Origin: Lama guanicoe | Lineage: Eukaryota | Direction of reading: 5' to 3' | Assembly (NCBI GenBank): GCA_013239625.1 | Contig: MU053823.1 | Coordinates: 271,698-335,697 of the forward strand | Length of the DNA stretch: 64,000 nucleotides | Shown: positions 33,921-47,600 of the stretch, piece by piece | How positions within the stretch are numbered: position 1 is the first letter of the stretch | Layout of the letters: every line of letters starts with the position of its first letter | The notes under the pieces: model-generated | Told to the model about the DNA's origin: nothing | Databases searched by the model: none | What the model saw: only the letters and a program-made list of their open reading frames with translations | Program-made: the position numbers and the translations under genes

Positions 33921-34441
33921 CTGGGGGAAGAAACAAAGACAGAAGACATCATGACATTCAGAAAGTCTTCACAACTACAGAGGAACTTTTTCCTGTCCAG
34001 GAAAAAACTAACAAAACACATGATGAGGTTACTATGAGTAGTGTTATCTCAAGGAAGTAGGGTCAAGTAATCTTTACCTTTGTCTTAGTATTTTTATATA
34101 AAAAAGATATATAATGTAATAATTAGGAAAATTTTCGGCCAGAAAAAAGACACTATTCTAAAAAATCACATAGAACCCCTCATATGAAAGCCACTATTAA
34201 CTTTTTCTGACATAAGCTGTGGAGATGATTATTCTCTCTTCAACAGTTTAGGATATATTGTACAACAACTACACCTCAATGAAAAAAAAAAGTTTGGGAC
34301 AAAAAAGGAAAGTCCACTTTATCAAAAATAAGCTTCCAAAAGATACTAACATCATAACAGTAACGCAGAAGAAGCTCTCCGTAACGTCTGAGTACTGTCA
34401 CCCCACCCCAGAAGCCCAGCCTGCCCTCTTCAGGGCTTACC

Positions 34442-34482
34442 TCACTCACAGGGATCGGAATACTGAACTGTGGCCTGTTCAT
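34442..34482 (-). CDS. A2ML1: A2ML1 exon 35 (stop TGA)
   Basis: (D)[12 protein letters not shown], donor G|GTAAGC 1 nt after the stop. Confidence 0.93.
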
Positions 34483-36020
34483 CTATAAAATGAAATGACA
34501 TAAATTATTATATTGCAGGTCTCATACGCACAGAAAGAGAGAAGTACTTCATAAAACCTGCTGCTTTAACCCTCTTCTAAGGATTTCTACAGATTATGAG
34601 CATATTCAGGATTACAGCAAGGTTCCAATCACTAATATCTGCATGCTGGTGGTAAATTAATAATCACAGCAAGAATATTAAGAATAGTTAGCCCTTAACC
34701 TGAATCTGAAAAAGAATATATATATGCTTATGTATATATAAAACTGAATCACTTTGCTGTACACCTGAAACATTGTAAATCAACTACAGTTCAATTTTTT
34801 TAAAAAAGAATAGTCCTTAGAGAACATTATTCTTTCAGTCTACGGACCACATTATATAAAATATGTCTAGTGAAGAAGACTTTTGTAAGCGGCATATAAT
34901 TTAATTAAAATGTTTTAGGAGAACAGATAATAAAATTATGTGTACTTGGCTTGGAAAGGAGTATTCGTTAAAATGAAGAGCGTTATCATGAAGGAGGCAG
35001 AAATACGCTGGGAGACGCAGGGAGGTTTCAGCCCTCACCTGGGAGGTAGTAGTCATAGACTCTGACGGTTGCTGGTTTGAGGTTGGTGACCAACACGCCT
35101 TGGCTGACGGTGAAGGTATAGGTCTGAGTCTCCTTCCGGAGCTGTGGGGAAGGCAGACAAACATCACATTAGAACAGAAGTGAAAAATAACACTCTGTAT
35201 CTCCATCACACCGAAGAATGTCTGGCATCTACTAGCTGCTCAATCCATGTTTGTTACAAAAGTGGATAGGTACATGGAGAATTTAAGACAATTGTATACA
35301 TTAATCCAATACAACAAGAAAATAAGATCCATATACATTTAGATGTGAAGCTATAAATGCTTAATTGGAAAAGATTTCCAAAGGCGTTTCTTTAGGTATA
35401 GTGCTTCTAAAAGAATGGTCCAGGAACTCTGAGGGAGCCCCAAGACTGTATCTGGCAGTCTCTGAGATAAGAATTATTTTTGAATGATACTAAGACATTA
35501 TTTGCTTTTTTTCACTCTCATTCTCTTTTGTTGTACAAGTGTAAGGGGGCAACTTGATGTGTGATACTGCAACGGATTGAATGCAGAAGCAGACGGGAGA
35601 CTTTCACTCTCTTAGATTAAGCTAGACGTTAAAGCAAAAAAAAAAAGTAAAACAATCTGCTATTCTCACCATTTTTTTGTTCTTTTGGGAAATACATTTT
35701 TCATAAAATGTTATATTGAAATATAGTGATTTTATTATTGTTGTTTTTAAGTAAATAAATTAATATTTTTCTCACTTTTCATTTTTGATAAGACAAATGT
35801 CAATAGATGTAACTCACATCACCACAAGCTCCTTGAGGTCACTTAAGAGTATAGAAGGGTCCTGAGAAAAAAATCTTTAGAACCACTGTTCTTGTCGATC
35901 ATTTAGTCACCATAAAGATTTAAAATAAATGACTAATACAAACCGAAAGAAAGCTGCGATAGCAGCCTTAATATCTGACCAAATAGAATCTAATGCAAAA
36001 AGCAAAACAAAACAAAAATG

Positions 36021-36051
<31 letters not shown>

Positions 36052-38605
36052 AATCAAAGAAATATATATACATAAAACACACGTATATACAATTAGTGTA
36101 AAAGAAGGACAGTAGATACTAATAAAAGGAAAATTGAATAAGATATGTTCATAAACATAAACAGGCCTAAGTATGTAGTAGAAAAATATATCAAGAAACA
36201 ACTGACAGAATTGCATAGATAAATGGATAAAGAACAAGTCAACAACTGTAATTAGAAATTTTAATAGAACTTTTTCAAAAACTGATAGATCAAGCAGAAA
36301 AATAAGCAGAGATAACAAAGGCATGAACAGCAGAAAGAATGATGCTGGGCATTTAGATCTAGGTCAGATTCATACCCAGGAGAAGGAAAGGAGTTGTTTT
36401 GGAGCACACGATGAACATCTCCCAAAAAGACCAAATATTCACGAAAGAAACTTCAATGCATTTCAGAGGCTCACTATCATGGTCTCAGTCCATAAAGCAA
36501 TAAATTTAGAAATCAGTAACAAAAGGATGGCTTTAAAAGAATCCCATGCATTTCCAAAAAAAATTAAGATACAGAACTAAATGGTAGTAAAAACAAGGCT
36601 TGTTGAAAATTGTGGGACAAAGATAGGATGTACTTAGAGGGAAATTTATAGTTTAAATTTATCAGAAAATAAGAAAGACTAAAAACAAACTCAGCATTCA
36701 ACTTAAGAAGTTGGAAAAAAAATAATAGAAAATATCCCTTCCCCCTCCATTTAGCCCAAAATAAAGAAGAAAGAAATAATAAAGGAAGAAATTAATGAAC
36801 CAGAGCACCAAAACCAAACAAGCAAATAACAAAAAACAACAGAGAAGAGGAATAAAACTGTAAGTTACTTTTGTTAAATGTGAATAAGATCATTCTCCAA
36901 TGAAGTTGATCAAGAAAAAAGGAGAGAAGATACACAGGAAAAAGGAAATAATCACAGATGTAATTGGCTTTTAGACTGTCAGACTTGAGGACTCAAGTCC
37001 GAAACTGACACCCACTGGCTGGATACATTCCCTGATGAGCCAGCCACTGCAGTCTCAGGAATGGCGTCGTGGGAATTAGAATCCCCTGGTTCTACTCTCA
37101 GCTCAGCCACTGATAAGCGGGATGACTTGACAAGCACTTTCTCTGTCACTTCAGCCTCAGTCTCCTTACGTAGAAGGAGGGTGGTTATGAAAGCACCATA
37201 AACTTTGCAAAACGTTTAAATAACTACATCACAGTTCCAGAGTTGTTCCTGATGGACTAAACAGAGTTGTCTCAAAAGAAACTGTACAGGGTTCACTGAA
37301 AGGAACAACCCCCGGGTCCCCAAGAGAGAAGAACCAGGATGTCAGCCCAAGCTCCCCAGTTGGCACCAGAGTCTGCTATTAACCACTCTGTTATTCTCTG
37401 GAGCTGTAGTACCGCATGGGACTACAGAGCATTTGAAATGTGGCCGTTCAGAATTGAGATGTGCCATCAGTGTAAAACACGTACTAGATTTCAAAGATGT
37501 AGTAAGGGGAAAAAAGGAATGTAGATACCTCATCAACCCTTTGTATATTAATTACATGGTGAAATTTTTTAAAATTGGGGGTATATAAGGTTGAATAAAA
37601 TACATAATTAAAATTAATTTTATCTGTTTCTCTTTAATTTTTGTAATGTGATTACTAGAAATGTTTAAATGACATAGAGAGCTCCCATTTTGTATCTCTT
37701 TGACAGTGCTGCCCTGGAGACACACAAGGGTAATTTATGGTACACCAACATGGAGGCAGAGTTCATCTCGTGGCTGTGGACTCACTCCCCCAGGTTCCTC
37801 ACCCTCTGTATGTGACACTAGAATATGCAGATGAGAAGGGAAGTTGCAAAGATACATAAGCAGTCAAGCTCTCTGGTTCCGTTCCTGATACCTACCTCTT
37901 CCAAGTAGATGTTAAGTGTGTCAGTTCCAGATTCAACCTTCTTCACCAGTGGTTGCTGGAGAAGCTGATTAAGAAAGAAGAAAAAGGAGACTTAAAGCCA
38001 AAGCCTTCTCTATATCCTAAGGTTGTCTTCCAAAGCTCTGCCATGATCAAGGAAACAATAAATACTGTGGAAAAGGTAAGAAGAAGGAACCAAAACAGTA
38101 ACAGTTTCCATGTCATGTATCTGACGCAACTTTGTAGCCCATTTAGATAACACAGCCATGAGTCGTACATATAAACCATGATGCTCACAGTGGGAGAGTA
38201 CAGCTCAGTGGTAGAGCGTGTGCTCAGCATGCATGAGGTCCTGGGTTCAATCCCCAGTACCCCCCTTAGCTAAACAAATAAATAAATAAACCTTATTACT
38301 TCCTCAACCAAAAAAAAAAATAAATTGTAAAAATAAAATAAGAAATGAAAAAAATAAAGAAACCATGATGCTCACTTCACCAGCTTTTTAGTGTTAATGT
38401 TAGGCCCCCTTAGAGCTAGTCAAATGAAGAAAACAAAAGTGACTTACTAACTGTTTGGTGCCCTCCATGGGACTGAACCCGGAAAGCATCTTTACTTCCA
38501 CAATGGCCATATTGGAAGAGCTGCGACTCCCCACGTAACTGAGGGCAGAAAGAAGCAATCCTGTATGAGCCCATTATCTTCCCTCTGAGCACACTCTGTG
38601 TCCCC

Positions 38606-38653
<48 letters not shown>

Positions 38654-41600
38654 CCAGCTCAGCCTCTAGGACCTAGGTGCCACTCCCCCACCTCCCGTTT
38701 CCTCACCTGGTATGGACAGTGAGAGTCAAGCGTCGAGGTGAAGTACGCTGCTCACACCGAGCTTTCCCCATTTCCACACTAAGACTAAAGGCCTGCACAC
38801 TTTTAGGAGGGAGAATATTGTATCTCAGCACCAACTAGTAGGAAGAAACAAAGAACCAAATCAGATTTGAGAAAAATTTTAAAGACTGTACAATTCAAAC
38901 TACTTTCCTCACAAATAAGGTAGATAGAGAGAAGGTTCCATTGGAGGCAGAGATGCCCTCGGACCCTCCTTCCCAATGCACACGCGATCTCCTGGATCCC
39001 TGCTTACCTGCACATAGACACAGCCGCGGCCTGAGGCCTCCATGGTGTACACACCAGGAATACTGGGCAGAGTCTCCTGCTGAAGCACCAGCCGGTTGGC
39101 AGCCTGCACGATGAAAGTGTGCTGGAAATTCTGAGCCGATTTTACTGCCAGGTTGACTCCCTCAGACGGCACGTAGGCAGTCGTGGCATATTTGGCAAGA
39201 GCTTGGAGAGCGACAACAGTATCCTGAGGAAAACAATCAGGCATGGGCTTACCAATTTGCGAGCCACAGGAATTAACCTCAAACAAGCCGGCAGCCTACA
39301 CGTCTGGTGGTTGTTCACTGGCTTGGATGATACCTCTTCTGAGTATCTAGGAACCACGTGCACCAACGCTGGGGAAGCTGACAGAGAACTCATGTCTTGC
39401 CTATATAGAAAATCGCCATCAAGTTGTTATTGAACATCCACAGGTCATTAGGCTAATCTCAAATATTCATATTCAGCAACAAAACTCAGCTTCAGAATGG
39501 GCTACTGTTATAAGTGAGTGGATCACTGTTCAGTATATATTCTGCAGTTTCCTTATTTGGGAAGGAAATGGCAGTAACTTGATGACCCTAAACATTGCAT
39601 GTTCTCCAAAGTTATTTAATTGTGTAATGATCTGCTAAGCACAGATTATTGGGAATCCTTAGAAAATCCTTCCTTGAAGGACAAGGCTTCTTCGCCATCA
39701 TACCATGTGACAATCTTTTCTTCATCTGGGAATAAGACAGACAAACTGTCTCTAAGACAGCATGGCATCATGTAAAAAGTTTGAGCCTTTCTATCCTGAA
39801 AACTTGATTTATACAAATTACAACTGGGGGAAGGAAAAAAAGAATAAAATGAAAGAAAATTGTCACACATCACTCTTTGTGACAAGAATAGAAATAAGAA
39901 TTTCTATATGCTTGAAACTTTATAAAATATCTACTACAGAATAAAGAAACCCCACCTCTTCCTATCTCAAATAAAAAGCTTTATTTGGACACCACACTAT
40001 CACATACAAATAGTAAGACAGGCCACCAACCCAGAGGGAGCTGTGAACATGTTATATCTGTGCAGCTTGGCCATCTACAAACAACTTTTTTGCCTGCCCT
40101 CTGTGAACTAGAGCCAAGGAGGGTTTTATTGCTTGGACATGTGGAAACAGTTCAAGGAATGGGACCTCACCATTGGCTGAAAACCAAAGTGACTGATACG
40201 TGACTTCTTATAATAGATAAGGATTTTATTGAAAAACAACTCTGACGTATATCTGTTGCTGAAAGTTCTAAACATTTTATCCACTGCTTTCTAAAATTAT
40301 TTAATTATTTAGGGAGGGCAAAGCAAGAAGGAAGTCTTCTCTGATCTTTGACCAAGAATCTCCCTGAAAGAAGGAAGAATAGTACCATATAATTTGTTTT
40401 TTAATTTTTTATGGAGGTTCTGGGGATTGAACCCAGTACTTAGCACATGCTAAGTACACACTCCACCACTGAGCTCTACCCTGACTCCCCTAGTTTTTTA
40501 AAATCCCAATTAAGTCATTACCATATTCAAGTTTAGTACTCTTGGCATCTTTGTCAGACACTCCATCTGTTAAAATCTGTTCATTTTTCCAGGTCTAGTT
40601 TACAGATCACACTCCTCAGTGAAACTGGCCATAATTTCAACAAGTCAGGCTATAATCTCTATGAGGACAAAAAATACATTTTCTTGCTTTTCTTCTGTAT
40701 CATCATGACTTGGGAAGAGTAGGTATTTAATACTACTTACAGAACAAATGAATGAATGGCTACTGTTTTTGTGAACATCTAAGATGGTTTTTATGATGAT
40801 ATTTGAATTTCTCTTACAACTCCATCTTTTTTTTCCCCCTGCAGCCACTCCGCTAATTCAATTTCTCCTTACCCCAACTCAAAGAAATGAAACAAAGCCT
40901 AAAAAAATGAATAGTTTCTCAGAATTCGGCACAACCTGAGTCTGATATACAAGGCTCTTCGTAATATGAAGCAACCCTACCTTTTCAACTAAGCCTCATT
41001 ATGCCTCAGCTAAGCCAGTTTTCCCAACAACCGTTCTACAGTGTCTCCATTCATACCATTCCCTCTTCCTTTCAGTAGCTGCATCCCGAAACTTTACATG
41101 TGCTTTTAGATCTACCGCAGACGCCATTCCCCCGGGAAGATTCTTCTAATCCCTCAAGCTGACGTGGGCTCTCTCTCCCTTTTGTAATTTAGTATTTTGC
41201 ACCTTTTGCATCTTCGTTCTATAACCAGACTCTGCTTTGTAAATGTGTACAAGTTTTCCTCGTGTTTCCTGCTAGATTGTAAACTTTTTAGAGTAGAGAC
41301 TATATCTTATCAGCTTTCCAATACCTGAAATTAGTAGAAGGAGGTATGCCCATAAAATCTTGCCTTTATGCTTACAGACCCCATAGTTGGCTTTCTAACT
41401 TGTGACTATGTAAATTTAGCCACAATTATAGATGTCCTCTTCACATGTAAAACAAGGATCGCGTGGTGTTTCGTTCTCTACAAACGAAGACTCTTAAATG
41501 TATACAGTACTGTTTATGTGTTCACATGGTCCAATTTTATGAATCTTTCTACATATTGTTCAAGTGCTTGTTCTCCATTTCTACAGAACTATTAGTCCCT

Positions 41601-44600
41601 GGACCTAGAGGGCAAGGGCAAGTTTTTCCTCTCTCTCCACGCAGGATCTAACCCTACCTGACAAGCAGGAGTAGGAGAGCAGGCTATTCACCTGAGTGGA
41701 AGAGAAGCCCCCATATGCATTTCGCTGCTTGACCAACCAAGCCACCATGCCGGTGGCCTTGGCTATCTCCTTTTGAGTCAGGCTGGCTTTGCTAAGCCAG
41801 GCCAACAACACATAGGCCGTCAGCTCCACATCTACAGCCTCACGCTCAGACCAAGGGCTGGTATTCGACGACCAAGTAGGTTTCTGGCTCCAGTGAATGG
41901 ACTCTCCTATGGAGAAGAAAAAACATAATTAGGAAGGTCTTGGAAGGAAATGACTCTCCCATATTCATTTTGTAAATTCTATACCTTAAATCAGAAAAGG
42001 TACCAAACAAAAATTAATGATGAGTCGGAAAAATGTTCTTCTCAAATCTTCTGATTTATTGGCCACAATGTATATGCAAGTATGCCTCTGTGTGTGTGTG
42101 CACACCCACATGTAATTCCGCAGGGTAAAGCTGGGAGCATCAATAAATGCCTCCAGCAATGACCTCCTAACCACCCTTGTTAATTTATAAATTCTAATGC
42201 TAATGGAGATAGGTAAGTAGAAACTTCTTTTAAGAATCTTATGTGTTTAGGGGCAATTTTTTTTTTTTGGCTCACAGAATTTTATTAACTTTCAACATTT
42301 ATTTTACTTAATCAAAGGTTTAACATTTTAAGAATGAAAATGGCAAAACATGCATCAGAACTCTGAAACCACAGAAGAAATGCTCATGAGGGTGCACAAA
42401 TAGAATAGGAGACCAAATCCAAACTCTATGACAGCCAAGACAGCAGAGAGCTTGAAGACAAAGAACAGCAAGTGGAAACGAGAAGAGTGGAAGCTAAGAC
42501 GTCTAATTAAATATAAGTTTAGAGATAATAAATACATTGCCCATAAGAAGCAACCTAACTGGAAGAACATGAAAGAAAACATGTGAGCCTGCAATGCGAG
42601 GTAATGGAGAAGAGATAATCACATGAAGCCAATATTCACTGGAGCAGGTATAAGTCTCCCCACGTCTGAGACACCCATTCCATGGCTTGAGTTGTAGTAT
42701 ACACAGGCCGAAGAACTACCCAGAGCCCCCAAGAGAGGGCGGCTTGGCAATGAAATTCATAAAAATAAAAGCTGAGATTAAATTGCTGCCTGGAAGTATG
42801 ATTTTAAATAAATGGCTAGGGTAAATAAAATGCATTACTGTTTTATGTATAAGATCTGTTAGAATATCGGATATTATTCTAAATACATCCAAAAGTTTGA
42901 AAAGGACCTGGAGAAGTCTCTACATTTAAGTCTCACCCTGTCAACCTCAGTGATTTTTTACACTAAAGAATTGTTAAATGCCTGCAAAAGGATGATTCTC
43001 CAACGCCAATACTTCTTCTGCCATCTATTTCTTTTCATGTGAAAAGTATAACATGCTTTTGAGGACTTTCAGGGGCTTTCCTGTGAAACTCTCAACAATG
43101 ATCTTTAAGACTTAACTTTTACTAAAAGGAATCCTAGAATTGAATATAGATGGGACTATGGAGACTAGGGAAATTTTGCACATATTTTCAGCATGTTTTC
43201 ATAATTTCAAAAACTCCTACCATGGCCGACATACCTGAGATGATAGCCTGTTGATCTAACTTTTCAAGAAGAATGTTTCTGATGTCCATCTCCCCAGCCA
43301 GAGAGAACGTATAAGCTAGGAGGGCCTGTGTGTAGAGGTTGGTGGTGGAGGAAACAGAATTCTTGAGACACTGCAGACCTTGACTCACCATCAGATCCTA
43401 AAAAGTGAAGATGAAGAACTGAATTTATCAGGCATTCCTCTTAAAATGGGAAGTGATAAGGAAACCATTCTATCCTCTTCCGAGTTTAAAAGGCTAAATA
43501 GGGACAAACAGTGGTGAATTTCTCTAGACACAGGCATGATCAGAAGAGCGTTAAGCGGAGGAGCTAGAGAAACTCACGTCTTTGGTCTTTCCTATCTCCA
43601 GCAGTGCAGCTGTGATGTAGGCAGTCAGCGAGACCACATCATCAACTCCACCCTAGAGGGAAGCAGGGAGACAGGAAGTCAGGCCAGCAGCCAGCACGTG
43701 CAAGACCTGTGTGCAAATTGGAAAAAGGTGTCCCTCTGAACAGATGAATTACTGGGGGAGAAAAAAAAATCACTCCTTTCCACAGGCTGACTGCAGCCCC
43801 AAGCCTCCGGGGCGAACTGACTGGACTTAAATAATTGCACAGCCTTAAATAGTAACCTGCAAAAGGTAACGTGAGGCTTTAGCTCTGAGTGGGTATTTAG
43901 GAAACCCATGAAAGGGGGTTAGGAATAGGTTTAAAAAAAAAAAGAAAAGAAAGGGGAGAGGATAAGGAGAAAATCTCTTTTTTTTTTCTCTGAAAATAAT
44001 GTGGTTTTTTATCCTGAAATCTGAATTTTTTTACTGAATCTGGAGCCTCCCCACATGGACTTCCCCTCAAGTAGCACAAAGCCCAGCCTCTTCTCCAGGG
44101 GAGATTAGGTGACATCTTCCCTGATTAGTGCCTTTCACAGAAGTATATTAGCAAGTTTTTGAAAATAACTAATCTAAACGATTATCTTCATTCTACAGAT
44201 AAGAGAACAAACACTTGAAAAGGTTAAGTACTTTGTTCAGAAATACACAACTAATAAGCTGAAGGACTGGGACCTGAACCCGAGGAGTTTAACTCTGGAG
44301 CTACTGCTAAGGACAAAAGACCAAGCTTGACAACGTAAGTGATGGCTCTCTTAAGATTCTGGCCAGCTCTGGTAAGACAGGAGGAGGAAAAATCTCTAGG
44401 ATCTTGTTCTAGTCAAATCCTGACTTGTACTTCTCCCTGGTATGGGGGACACTGGTAAGATCCTGCAGAAGGAATCCTGACGAATTTTATACAGAGATCT
44501 TGTTTTCAATGCTCAAGATTTGTAACCCAAGCTCTGGAACAGCAATAATGATTCCTCTAGGAAAGTTGGTCTTTCTTTCTTTCCCTGGGTATGTTCTGAA

Positions 44601-47600
44601 CTGAACAAGCTGTCCCGCAGCCCCAGCACCTCGCCCTGTGTTTGGTGGGGGGTGGAGGGGGGTCAGGTAGTACAGTGAATGGGCCGGAGCAGCTACTATG
44701 GTTCAAATTACTGGAGTTCAGCTACTATGGTTCCCGGGGTCCCGGAGTCCAGCTACTATGGTTCAAATTACCGCCCTGCCGCCCACTAGCATTCCCCTTG
44801 GGCAGACCCGCACCTTCATAGCTGTGTGAAGGAGCTTCCCAACACTGGCGTAGCAGCCGCTGGGGAGCTGGTTTCCCGCCAGCCACTGGAGAGCGTCCTG
44901 GATGTTCTTGTCATCAATGAAGATGAATTTCTGAGCTTGGCCAAAACATTTGGTGACAAAGGCTGTCAGCCTATATGAGTAAGGAGGGAAATGTGGCATG
45001 AAGGGGGATTTCTAGGTGAGGATACAATAATCCTACAGTTTATTCTGGTGTATGATTCCAGAAAGGGAGACAAGGAAACATAATGTTGCAGGAAGTCAGA
45101 AAAAGGGAGGCATTAGTAAGCATTAATGGCGGCAAGAACTGGGGAGGGACAAGGTCAGGGGGAAGGGGGAGGGGCTTGAGCATCTATGAGGCTGTAATAA
45201 ACAGTATTAAAGTGGTAGAGGACAGAGAGCAAGGAGGAGTGGGGTCAAGGCGAGAGGCAGAGGGATAGTTCCAGAGGGTTCAAGAATTATGCTCTGGGGT
45301 ACAGAACGCATTGGAATCGGGCAATGTTACCATGTGTTTCCATTTCCATCCTGCTCCCCGAAGGCACTGTATGAGCCATTGCTGTGTTTGTACATTAGCT
45401 CCCTCTGGTACCCTGGGAAGCCAGAGGTGGTTTTAGATCCCCGTGACAACTCCAAAAAACACCCCCATGGCTTTCAAGGATGAGGGACACTCCAGGAGCT
45501 AAACCTCCCTGTCTTAGTAACCTCTCACAGGCCCTAGAGCAAAGGTGTCCAAGAAGAGTGAACCAACTCACCTATCTCCAGGAAACCCACTGCCCGAGAC
45601 CTGATTTCCTCAGTCAGCAGCCCTGACTTTTCCAGGTACTGCAGGACGTAGATGATGGGGGCGAACAAGACCATGTTCTGCTCCCCACAGCCTTGTGGCA
45701 TCTGCACCAGGTTGTCTAGGTTCTGTAGGGCTGTGCCCATGATGTCTCCTGGGATCCAAAAGGAGAGGGAAAGAAGGTGGTGGTAGAAGAAGGAACCTTT
45801 AAGAGTTATGATCATTCATTTAACAAACATGTGTTGCTATCGTTTAGTGAGTTCCTACTCTGAGGCCTGGGAGACAACAAGTCAAACAATCTCTACTTCA
45901 AAGAGCTCATAGTCAGAGGGGCGCACAATTACAGGACAATGCAATTCTAATTCATTGTAAGCAATTACATCATAGTACCGTAATAATGGGTATATACAAG
46001 GTGCTGGAATATACAAAGAGATACATAGGCCACCCTAAGGAAGTTCATGGCTTTCAAAAAGACATGTCACTGGAGCTGAGGACAGGTGTAACAAAACCTG
46101 CAATACTTAGCCTCAATCTCTCAGTGCCTCCACTGTGTACAAATACATCCCCCTCCAAGTCACCAAGTCGCTCCCAAACACACACACTCCTGATACAGTT
46201 TTCCAAGTCATATCTACTGACCCCCTCCGTTTACTTAGCCAGTAAGCCTGACATGAGTGACTCATCTGCATTTTAGTCACTGAGTTGAATTCAAGTGTAT
46301 AAACCAGTACTGAATGTCAGCCAACTGCAAGAACTGTACCAAGAACAAGAATGAAAAAGATGTGGCTCTTGTCCTCAAGGAACTCTCAGTGCAGTATGGA
46401 AGACAGACAGACAGTGAGCTATGTAATACAGTGAGTGCTATACCAGAGGGACGACTCAAAAGGAGTCAAAACAGAGAAATGTTAATTAACCTGGAGGGAT
46501 CTTGGTAGGGGGTAAGGATAAAGAAAGACCCTAACATGTGTAGGGCTTCTACTATGTCACAGATACTGTGCTGGGAACTTTATATTTAATCTTTGGATAG
46601 AGTTCTGAGAGAAATGTTATTATCACTGTCTTGAAGGGAAGAGAAAGATCAGAATCGTTCACTAACTTTTTCGAGGTCCCATGGCTATTAGATGGCAAAA
46701 CTGAGATTCTAACCTAGCCTGATATGCTTTTCTACTTACTCCTTATCCTTGCCCAAAGAGGTGATGTCGCCTAGGTAAATAGGGTTGAATCTTCCTAAAA
46801 CTATATTCAAATAAATTAATTCCTCATCTTTAAATGATTATTGCAAACATTTTGTCTCCCCTCCACCCAGTTTACAGACCACCTAAACCTATTTGCATAA
46901 CAAGCTTCAATGACCTTTAACTTCCTCCTGTCCAGACTCTTCTCTGTTTTTAACCAGAGTTCACGTCTGTCTAATCCCACCTGTACTGCACAGGCTGCAT
47001 TTGCCCACTTTATAAAATAGGCTCTTCTTCCTTCATCGCTTCTAATCTAGTCTGTTAATAATTTTAACTCTGTTCATCATATTCCACTTAAAAATTTCAA
47101 AACATATTTATACATCAGGTCCCAAATTAAAATTAAACAAAATGCACAAACCACCCCTTGAGAAATAAAATGAATGAAAACTTATTTGCCTCTTTCACAC
47201 CTTTCTTCAGGTAGGTCCATATGCCTCAACCCACTTCATACCCTGGTATCCGCTGGCCCCGTTTTCCCTTCTCTGAGCCCAGCATCTCTGGTTGCTCACC
47301 CAGAACAGCAACATAAGCCTTGGTTGAATCGGGAACAACATCCGCGGGGACCTCCAGGGAGATGGATTCTTTCACCGCTTTTCCTGTGAGAGACAGAGAA
47401 AAGGTGAAACAAGAGAAGGTGGAAATAGTGGCGGTTCTCAAGCCCAAACCATGGAAAAACTTGTCATAATCTAGATTTTCCATCCCCAGTGCTTTATGTG
47501 GGATAGAGGCAGGTTTTTTGACCCTATTCATAGTGGTCTTCCCTAAAAATAAATTCCAAGAGCCATAATTGTGCTGTACATCTTCTCTTCTTCATCCTGC

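Noticed and set aside
38191..38270. tRNA-Ala-like sequence as a tRNA gene
   Set aside because: Has an A-rich tail and a 16-bp TSD with several diverged copies in the window; it is a SINE
44684..44772. Repeat-spacer pattern resembling a mini CRISPR array
   Set aside because: Mammalian intron, 15-bp core, linkers short and themselves repeated, no cas genes; ordinary tandem duplication
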